Below are positions 35,500-42,001 of a stretch of 42,001 bases of DNA, in pieces. Positions within the stretch are counted from its first letter, which is position 1. Each line of letters begins with the position of its first letter. The position numbers were made by a program, and so were the translations under genes. The notes beneath the pieces were generated by a model. That model ran no database searches. It was not told where the DNA came from and saw only the letters and a program-made list of their open reading frames with translations. Where the stretch lies: IMG/VR virus record IMGVR_UViG_3300048851_000083, positions 1 through 42,001 of that record. One strand, written 5' to 3'. The stretch comes from a virus. Taxonomy: Duplodnaviria > Caudoviricetes.

Positions 35500-35820
35500 T
35501 CAGCGGTTCCGACGGTATTCCCGGGGCCGACTGTAGTTACGCTGGGTCCGGTAGCCTCTCTGGCTGCGGTACGCGCGCGAACGATTGTAGCCGCGATCAC
35601 CTCGGTAGGCGCGCGAGCGGTTGTATCCACGGTTGGAGCGGTAGCCTCGATTGTTTTGGTAGCCGCGACGCGGCGCATCGTATCGCCGGCTTCGATCGCG
35701 ATCGACACCGCGGTCGCTACGGGACGATTGGGCCTGCACCTCTGTCGGCGCGACGGTCACAACTACGCTGGTGAACAGCATAGCCAGGGCGGCGAAGAGC
35801 CCCATCACCTTATTACGCAT
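35500..35820 (-). CDS. Secreted Arg/Tyr-rich repeat protein
   Basis: Signal peptide ending VQAQ, then hexapeptide-periodic RGY/RAY repeats. GGAGA ribosome-binding site. Confidence 0.65.
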   Translation of the reverse strand: MRNKVMGLFAALAMLFTSVVVTVAPTEVQAQSSRSDRGVDRDRSRRYDAPRRGYQNNRGYRSNRGYNRSRAYRGDRGYNRSRAYRSQRGYRTQRNYSRPREYRRNR

Positions 35821-35942
35821 CTACAAATCTCCGGACGCATTGCGCGCCTGGTCCGAACAACAGCTCGCTGGACGGCAACGTTCCGAGCGGGAGCCGTCGG
35901 CGCGTTCAGCGCTGGCGCTCCGCAGCACCGAGGTTGCCACGC

Positions 35943-36323
35943 ATGATTGATCTCCCGCCCCCCTTCGTCTGCCAGGTCGTGAAGGTCCACGATGGTGATG
36001 GCCCTCTCTGGTGTGCCAACGGCCGCAAGGTCCGGGTCGCCGGCGTTCAGGCGCCGGACTGGGAGGACGCAGCACCGTGCCGACAGAAGAAGGCCGGCTA
36101 TGTCTGTGATGACGCGAAGGCTGCAGTGAGCCAGCGGATCGCCGCTCGCTTGGTGCTCGGCAAGGCGCTGGACTGCCGACCAGTAGATCGTTCGTGGAAG
36201 CGTACGGTCGCACGTTGCACGCTGCCGGATAATCGATCGCTCAGCTGCGCGTTGATTGCCGCTGGGGCTGCGACGCGCTGGGACAGCTACTGGCGCCGCT
36301 ACAAGATGGGAGGCTGCCGGTGA
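35943..36323 (+). CDS. Thermonuclease (SNase) family protein
   Basis: VVKVHDGD...KVRVAGVQAP...DRSWKRTVARC...LIAAGAA. Confidence 0.85.
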   Translation: MIDLPPPFVCQVVKVHDGDGPLWCANGRKVRVAGVQAPDWEDAAPCRQKKAGYVCDDAKAAVSQRIAARLVLGKALDCRPVDRSWKRTVARCTLPDNRSLSCALIAAGAATRWDSYWRRYKMGGCR

Positions 36324-36526
36324 CGATCGACCGTCGGCGTGACGCGCTGGTGCGGATGAAGGAGGTGCGCCGCCGGACCGGGCTCTCGCGTGCCAGTATC
36401 TACCGAAAAATGGACACCGGCGCTTTTCCTCCGAAGGTTATGCTGAGCGAGCACGCTGTCGCCTGGTACGAGAGCGACATTGACCGGTGGGTATCTAACC
36501 CAATGGGCTGGGGTGCAGCGACTTAG
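36320..36526 (+). CDS. alpA: AlpA-family regulator / excisionase
   Basis: LVRMKEVRRRTGLSRASIYRKM..GAFP..V.L...AVAWYESDIDRW. Confidence 0.92.
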   Translation: MTIDRRRDALVRMKEVRRRTGLSRASIYRKMDTGAFPPKVMLSEHAVAWYESDIDRWVSNPMGWGAAT

Positions 36527-36532
36527 GTGGCG

Positions 36533-38007
36533 GATGTCCGAAAGTGGTGGGGAGCAGCCCTCCGCCCTGTTGGAAATCAATCATCGGTACCGCGCATCCG
36601 AACAATGTGGCAGCTCGTACCTGATCGGCAGCTCTAGCCAGCTGCACGCGACGGCCCGGCGAGTTTTCCCCCTAGTTCTCGTCGGGCCAAAACTCGACTT
36701 GTCCGCCTTTGGGAGCCGCTTAGGCGGTCACGAACGTCCGAAAGTGGGCGTAAGCGGACCGGCCGCTGTCGGCAGTGGCTTCACTTGCCCTGAACGGCCG
36801 AGAACGGTGGACGGCGGACGGTCAGGGTACGACGGTCGTGAACAGGTACACTGCGAAAATCACCAAATGCACCGCGCCCTGAAGCACGGTGGTGCGCCCG
36901 GTTCCAAGAGTCAGCGTGGACACCACGAGAGTGAGGAAGAGAAGCACCGTGCTCTTCGCATCGAGCCCAAGTGCGATCGGCAGACCCGCTATCAACGACA
37001 ATGCTGCCACGGCCGGGATCGTGAGGCCGATTGTAGCCAGAGCAGACCCCAAGCCAAGGTTGAGGCTCGTCTGCAGCCGGTTCGCAAGGGCGGCGCGCAG
37101 AGCCGCTACGCTTTCCGGCAGCAGGACAAGAGCGGCTATGATTACGCCCACCACCGCGCGGGGGGCGCCCGCCGCGCCGACCGCGCTCTCGATCGGCGGG
37201 GCCAGAGCTTTAGCCAGCAAAACGACTGCTCCCAAGCAGGCCACGAGCAGCAGCGCAGACAAAGTCGTCTGATTGTTGGTCGGAGGAGCAGCATGCACCT
37301 CGTGATCGGACGCGATGGTCTTGTCAGGTAAGAAGTAGTCGCGGTGGCGCACGGTTTGAACGGCGATGAAGGTCGCATACAGAAGGAATGAAACCACTGC
37401 GACAAAGCCGAGCTGTGAAGGCGCGTATACTGGACCGGGCTTGCTCAGGGTAAAGTTTGGGAGCACCAGCGTCAGCACCGTAAGTGCGCAGATTGTCCCG
37501 AGCGCGGCGCTAACTCCGGTCTGCTGGAATGTTTGCTCCTTGTGGCGAAGCGCTCCGATCAGAATGCAGATGCCCACCAGGCCGTTGAGGATGATCATGA
37601 CGGCTGCGAACACCGTGTCCCGCGCGAGGGTCGCCGCGTTTTCGCCACCGGCTGACATCAGAGTGATGATAAGCCCCAACTCGATCACAGTGACCGCTAC
37701 CGCAAGCAAGAAGGTTCCAAACGGCTCACCTACGCGATGGGCCACCAGTTCTGCGTGATGCACTGCGGCGAGGACGGTCGCGATCAGTCCTGCAGCGAGA
37801 ACAGTCGACGGGATCGCTGCGCCTAAGCTCACCAGAAGCAATGTCCAAGAAAGGGCAGGCGCAACCCAGGTCCAATGGCGAAGAGCGTGCGTCATTTTCC
37901 CCGCCTTAAGCGCGGGGCGAATGTCTGCAAGTGGGCGATTTCAGGCGATCCGCTCTCGGGATCAGCATTGCCCGTCCTGAATGGCCGGAAACAGATGGAA
38001 AGCGGTC
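36533..38007 (+). repeat. Family of ~27-nt imperfect palindromic repeats, forming ~87-nt direct repeats that flank the antiporter gene
   Basis: Copies at 36533, ~36673 (degenerate), 36733, 36793, 37920 and 37980. Consensus about AAYGKCCG-N-AA-NNGG-N5-GCGGAC, with 60-nt spacing in both clusters. Confidence 0.7.
36822..37895 (-). CDS. chaA: Ca2+/H+ antiporter, ChaA/CaCA family
   Basis: AVHHAELVAHRVGEPFGT, VIELGLI, LARDTVFAAVMI, LLPESVAA, QTSLNLGLGSALATIGLTIP and many TM helices. Confidence 0.9.
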   Translation of the reverse strand: MTHALRHWTWVAPALSWTLLLVSLGAAIPSTVLAAGLIATVLAAVHHAELVAHRVGEPFGTFLLAVAVTVIELGLIITLMSAGGENAATLARDTVFAAVMIILNGLVGICILIGALRHKEQTFQQTGVSAALGTICALTVLTLVLPNFTLSKPGPVYAPSQLGFVAVVSFLLYATFIAVQTVRHRDYFLPDKTIASDHEVHAAPPTNNQTTLSALLLVACLGAVVLLAKALAPPIESAVGAAGAPRAVVGVIIAALVLLPESVAALRAALANRLQTSLNLGLGSALATIGLTIPAVAALSLIAGLPIALGLDAKSTVLLFLTLVVSTLTLGTGRTTVLQGAVHLVIFAVYLFTTVVP

Positions 38008-38061
38008 GCCTGGTCGCCAAAAGCTGATTGAGGACGGAGCCTTGATGGCCCGGGGCAAGCG

Positions 38062-38451
38062 TTAGAAGCCTCGCAGCGTCAACACGCCCTCTGGCACTGG
38101 CCCATCATCATCGATGACGCCATCTGGAGTAGGCTGGTCAGACGTCCAGACGATCGCATCGGAAACCTCCGGCGGCTGTTCATCTTCGATATGTGTTGCA
38201 GGGGAAAAGGCCGTTACCATTGGGTCCGACCCAGCAGACGCCATTGGAGCGTACATATCCCAGGCAACGGAGGTCGGCTGCGCGGTCGGAATTGCAGCTA
38301 CTGCGGTTGGTTTGGTAGGCCCGGGGACCACCTTGATGACCTCCTGCGGACTGGTTCGATCGCCAGAACGATCGATCGACCCTTCGATCCTGGCGATCCC
38401 AACGAACAGGCCCATTGCACCAGCGAAGGCTGCAATCGCTCGGAGGCTCAC
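38062..38451 (-). CDS. Hypothetical membrane-anchored protein (start uncertain)
   Basis: Hydrophobic N-terminal segment followed by a Pro/Asp-rich tail. Confidence 0.4.
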   Translation of the reverse strand: MSLRAIAAFAGAMGLFVGIARIEGSIDRSGDRTSPQEVIKVVPGPTKPTAVAAIPTAQPTSVAWDMYAPMASAGSDPMVTAFSPATHIEDEQPPEVSDAIVWTSDQPTPDGVIDDDGPVPEGVLTLRGF

Positions 38452-38464
38452 CGCAAGCGCCTCA

Positions 38465-38899
38465 TCACCGGCAGATCCTGTCGGCGAAGCGGATGGAATA
38501 ACTTGTTCTTCTCCCGACAATAAAGCCGCCAGCACTCATGCAGTTGCCTCGCGCGCCGATCGGGCCGGCGTAGCGCACGTAATCTCCGCGATCGCGCCGC
38601 ACCAGTGTCTCTGTTCCAGTACGGGACGCTGACCTAAACAACTCGACCTCGGTAGTGAGCCGGACGTCGTAGGTCGGACCGACATGCACCATGCGCGCGC
38701 AGAACAGCTCTTCCGCGGGTGCATAGAATAGCTCTAAACGGGCAATGCGCTGCCCGCCCTCCGTGACATAACTGTGCCGAACCATGTTGCCCCGACACTT
38801 GGTCGCGCCTTCATACTCACCTTGCGCCCAGGCGGGCGCTGCGGATGCGGTCAGGACGGCAAACGCACCCGCAACTATCAGCATCGGGTCTCGAAACAT
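38465..38899 (-). CDS. Secreted Cys-containing protein
   Basis: GAGGA ribosome-binding site, signal peptide ending AWAQ, and C...LELFY...FCAR...DRGDYVRYAGPI...C. Confidence 0.65.
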   Translation of the reverse strand: MFRDPMLIVAGAFAVLTASAAPAWAQGEYEGATKCRGNMVRHSYVTEGGQRIARLELFYAPAEELFCARMVHVGPTYDVRLTTEVELFRSASRTGTETLVRRDRGDYVRYAGPIGARGNCMSAGGFIVGRRTSYSIRFADRICR

Positions 38900-38998
38900 G
38901 ATCCTCACGTGACATCCTCCAGTTCCGTTCTGCTTAACATCGGCAGATACGCGCCGTGGATAACCAACATGCGAGCGCGCGTTGGTCAAGTCAGCAGC

Positions 38999-39153
38999 GA
39001 GTTCACCGTCGAGGTCGGCACCGTGTTCGAGCATGCCGGCATGTCGCTCCACAAGATGCTCCGGGCCGTGCATCTGATCGTGTCGAGCAAGAAGGGCTAG
39101 GGACGGACGACGATCCCGAGCGCATCAGGAGCGGCTGGCGAAGGTAGTGAAGC
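38999..39153 (+). pseudogene. IS1595-family transposase remnant
   Basis: EFTVEVGTVFEHAGMSLHKMLRAVHLIVSSKKG* matches the FTVxVGTVFE...LHK...SSKKG segment of IS1595 transposases. Truncated on both sides. Confidence 0.75.
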
Positions 39154-39227
39154 GAGAGCCCGTCGCTAATCTCGCTACGAAGGCGGAATGATAGCAACCA
39201 GCCCGTAAGGCTGGCGTTCCGGCACGA

Positions 39228-39509
39228 ATGGCCACCTACCACATCAATATCCGCACCGACTCCCACGTCGCCGGCGCGACAGAGTTCGAGGCGGAGACCT
39301 TGACCGGTTTGCGCCTGGAAATGGCGCGGTATGTCGGCGAGGTCCTGAAGGATCACGCTGAGCAATTATGGGCTGATGAGGTATGGCAAATTGATGTGAC
39401 GGACGCCGCAGGCCTGATCCTCTACGTCATCCGTGTCGATGCATCTGAAACCTCAGCCACGGCGGGCTCGGTCCAGCGCGATAACCCTTCGGGTTTGCGA
39501 ACTACATAG
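39228..39509 (+). CDS. DUF6894-like small protein
   Basis: YHINIR...GEVLKD...WQIDVTDAAGLILY. Confidence 0.75.
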   Translation: MATYHINIRTDSHVAGATEFEAETLTGLRLEMARYVGEVLKDHAEQLWADEVWQIDVTDAAGLILYVIRVDASETSATAGSVQRDNPSGLRTT

Positions 39510-39539
39510 TAGCCGACGAAATTGGCGCTCCGCGATGAC

Positions 39540-39568
39540 GAAGGGCGACCCGGCAGGAGCCGCCCTTC
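39540..39568. terminator. Hairpin between convergent genes, possible terminator
   Basis: GAAGGGCG...CGCCCTTC inverted repeat with no strong U-tract. Confidence 0.45.
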
Positions 39569-39587
39569 CATTGTGCAAAATCAGCCG

Positions 39588-40157
39588 CTACTTCGTTGAA
39601 GGCGCACCGGACACAATCATCGGCGCCGCTGGCGCGACTATCGCGACAGAGACATCCTCATCGATGAAGGCGGTGACCGGAGCGCCCAGCGGGATCTCAG
39701 CACTCGTTCCCGTCAAGAAGAACCCGGCAACTGGAATAAGTACCGCCGCACCGACGACGCCTGCCGTCCCCGTCGTGCCCTTGTCGTCCAGGGAGCCGCT
39801 CATCCGGATCTGGCGGCCGTTCGCACGCACATACAGCACCCGACCATTGATCCGGCCCGACTTGCCCCACATGCCCTTATTCCGAACTTCCGTGATCTCG
39901 CCCGTCGCTGGGCTACCGGCTGGGATCACAACGTTGCCGTCGATGGTGACAGCCTCTGCCGTTTCCAACTGGAACCGCTGACCAACCTTCAGCTTCTTGC
40001 CTTTAGTCGTGAGCCCTTCGGCCATCTTGAGCGGCACCGACGTTCCCGCGCGCAACATACCTGTTGCGGCAATTGAAGTCGGCACGGGCGCCGACTGCGC
40101 GAAACTAGGCGCGGCGAAAATGAGCGCGCACGCGAGTGCGGTGACTGTGCTTTTCAT
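39588..40157 (-). CDS. Secreted / envelope protein with a TrbI/VirB10-like beta domain
   Basis: GGAGGG ribosome-binding site, signal peptide (SFAQ), LRAGTSVPL...VVIPAGSPATGEI...GKSGRI and a hydrophobic helix. Confidence 0.7.
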   Translation of the reverse strand: MKSTVTALACALIFAAPSFAQSAPVPTSIAATGMLRAGTSVPLKMAEGLTTKGKKLKVGQRFQLETAEAVTIDGNVVIPAGSPATGEITEVRNKGMWGKSGRINGRVLYVRANGRQIRMSGSLDDKGTTGTAGVVGAAVLIPVAGFFLTGTSAEIPLGAPVTAFIDEDVSVAIVAPAAPMIVSGAPSTK

Positions 40158-40425
40158 TGAACCCCCTCCGAGTCGGCCTCCCCAGGCCGAACCGGGTAAG
40201 TGATGTAGGCGTCGTGGCTTCCCGTCAATCGGAGCCTCAATGGTAACTACCTGATTGGTACCCCTTTTGCTGACCAAGCCTACATCAGAATATCTCAGGC
40301 ACCGGGGGCGCTATTACACGCAGACTTTCAAACCATCGCTTGCCGTAGGGTGATGTTGCCCGGCTTCACATGCCCCATGCTGTCGTTCCATGCGAGGATC
40401 TCCGCAATTGCTGCCGCGTTGCGCG

Positions 40426-41706
40426 TCAAGCGCCGAGGAGTGCAGCCCCGGGCCGAAGACCAATCGTCAGCATCTCCGCCCACTCTTCCGCCAACTCGCG
40501 CCGTCGTGGCATGTGCATCGCCCGATTATAGGCCATCTCCGATCCCGACATGCCGCTCGGCTTATGCGCGAGCATTGCGTCGATGATGGCGCGATCGTCG
40601 GGCCGCTTCTGCTGGACCGCACGCTCGTTCATCAGCGTCGAGAACGTCGACCGCCACCCGTGCGGCACGTGCCGGCCGCTGTAGCCGTTTCGCGCGTACA
40701 TATACCCGATGGTGTTCTCGCTCATGGGCTGGTGCGTCGATCGGACGCTGTGGAAGACGTAGGGGTATCGGCCGGTCAGACGATGAACAGCGCGCAGCAC
40801 GTCCACTGCCGCGGGCGCGAGCGGCACGACATGCTCGAACGCCTCGTCGCTCTTGTTCTCGAGGTCGAGCTTCATCCGTTCGGCGCTGATCCGCCAGAGT
40901 GCCGCCGACGCGGGCGCGTCGGGATCGCTCCAGTCGATGCCTTCGAACTCGCTCCAGGCCGCGGCACGAACGACACCTGGGCGCACGGCCGTCAGCGCGA
41001 GCAGGCGCGAGGCGAGCTTGACGAGCGGACCCGAGGTTGACGCCTCGATGTCGATGAGCAGCTGACGCGCCTCGGCCAGCGTCTTCACCGCCGGCTGCTT
41101 CTTTCCCGCCGGCAGCGGCAGCAGCGCTTTCTGGATCATCGACGCCGGGTCGATGCTGCACAAGCCTTCCGCCATGCCGAACTGGAAGGCGGCAGAGACG
41201 TGCTGGCGCAGGCGCTTGGCGGTGTCGATCGCACCGCGGCGCTCGACCTTGCGCAGCATCTTGAGGACCATCGGCCCGTCGATGTCGATGAGAGGGAGGG
41301 CGCCTATCTCCGGATAGACGTCGCGCTCGAGCGCTTGCAGCACTTTGCGCTGGTTCACCGGCGACCAGCGCGGCACCTGCGCGGCGTACCAGTCGCGGCA
41401 GACCTTCTCGAAGGTGGCGCCGGCGGCCGCATGCGCAGCCATCTTGCGCTTTCGCTCCTCGATCGCTGGATCCTTGTGCTCGCGCAGCTGGCGCTGGGCC
41501 GCCTCCCGCTTCTCGCGCGCCGCCGCGAGGCTGATCTCAGGGTACGGCCCGAACGAAAGGAGCTTCTCCTTGCCTGCGAAGCGGTACTTCATCCGCCAGG
41601 CGCGATGCCCTTTCGTGGTCACGAATAGGTAGAGACCGCCCGAATCAGCGAGCTTATAGTCCTTCTCGCGCGGCGCGGCCTTTCGGGCCTGCATATCGGT
41701 CAGCAT
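40426..41706 (-). CDS. int: Tyrosine integrase, P4/IntA-like
   Basis: YKLADSGGLYLFV...WRMKYRFAGKEKLLSFGPYP arm-binding domain. Catalytic R (AVRPG), HGWR, LAH and Y (AYNR). Confidence 0.96.
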   Translation of the reverse strand: MLTDMQARKAAPREKDYKLADSGGLYLFVTTKGHRAWRMKYRFAGKEKLLSFGPYPEISLAAAREKREAAQRQLREHKDPAIEERKRKMAAHAAAGATFEKVCRDWYAAQVPRWSPVNQRKVLQALERDVYPEIGALPLIDIDGPMVLKMLRKVERRGAIDTAKRLRQHVSAAFQFGMAEGLCSIDPASMIQKALLPLPAGKKQPAVKTLAEARQLLIDIEASTSGPLVKLASRLLALTAVRPGVVRAAAWSEFEGIDWSDPDAPASAALWRISAERMKLDLENKSDEAFEHVVPLAPAAVDVLRAVHRLTGRYPYVFHSVRSTHQPMSENTIGYMYARNGYSGRHVPHGWRSTFSTLMNERAVQQKRPDDRAIIDAMLAHKPSGMSGSEMAYNRAMHMPRRRELAEEWAEMLTIGLRPGAALLGA

Positions 41707-41718
41707 CCGGTTTCCTCA

Positions 41719-41786
41719 GCATACCCCCATCGGCTTTAACTCTACCCCCTCGGATTACCCCTGAACAGTCGAGATTGGGGGTATGC
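41719..41786. promoter_or_regulatory. Putative integrase arm-type binding sites
   Basis: TACCCC(C) copies near 41722, 41743 and 41756 plus inverted TGGGGGTA. Perfect 11-bp inverted repeat GCATACCCCCA (41719-41729) / TGGGGGTATGC (41776-41786). Confidence 0.6.
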
Positions 41787-41875
41787 GGATGAGACAATGT
41801 GAGACGAGGAAACGTCGGAAAACCGGGCTTTATGAGCGTTTTTGAGACGGTGTGGACGCTGCAGAAACGGGATAC

Positions 41876-41951
41876 TGGTGGGTCCGCCGGGGCTCGAACC
41901 CGGGACCTCTCGATTAAAAGTCGCTTGCTCTACCAACTGAGCTACGGACCC
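41876..41951 (-). tRNA. tRNA-Lys (anticodon TTT), prophage attachment site
   Basis: 76-nt cloverleaf GGGTCCG...AGCTCAGTTGGTAGAGC...CTTTTAA...GGTTCGAGCCC...CGGACCCACCA with encoded CCA. Confidence 0.95.
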
Positions 41952-42001
41952 GCACCAGCGCCGCTGCGACTAGGCAGCGGACGGCGGCTGGTCAACCGGG
42001 C

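Larger units (their letters stand above)
1..41951. mobile_element. Lambdoid temperate prophage integrated at tRNA-Lys; left end lies outside the window
   Basis: Ordered modules (lysis, tail, head, terminase/cos, antiterminator, replication, immunity, early genes, excisionase, integrase) ending at a tRNA 3' end. No duplicated tRNA 3' end seen inside the window. Confidence 0.95.

Noticed and set aside
36480-37331. 283-aa ORF on +
   Set aside because: Runs through the repeat cluster and antisense to chaA. Not protein-like.
36533-38007. Classical integron attC sites
   Set aside because: No RYYYAAC...GTTRRRY cores, and the only integrase is P4-like without an obvious IntI insertion.
41742-41936. 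64-aa ORF on -
   Set aside because: Overlaps the tRNA and att arm sequences.

Overview
The window is almost entirely one lambdoid-type temperate prophage in a high-GC host, probably a sphingomonad alphaproteobacterium (inferred from gene styles). It is integrated at the 3' end of a tRNA-Lys(TTT) gene at the right edge (41876-41951, minus strand), next to a P4-like tyrosine integrase. From right to left it carries: the integrase; about 3.9 kb of cargo (ChaA-type Ca2+/H+ antiporter bracketed by diverged direct repeats, secreted proteins, an IS1595 remnant); an early operon on + ending in a thermonuclease and an AlpA-type excisionase; an immunity region (five CGGCA-N4-TGCCG operators, cI, cro, and a DUF1828-like two-gene cassette in the lambda rexAB position); replication genes (primase, DnaB, initiator); a NusG-like antiterminator; morons; a lambda-like cos site; terminases, portal and a protease-capsid fusion; a siphovirus tail with a -1 frameshift chaperone and a tape measure protein carrying an M15 peptidase domain; a tailspike; a methyltransferase moron; and holin-like genes. 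No endolysin and no second att copy were found, so the prophage continues past the left edge. The least explained feature is 1-559, an apparently non-coding, hairpin-dense stretch just downstream of the holin with one structured motif repeated 302 nt apart. Family names come from motif recognition and recall, not from database searches.
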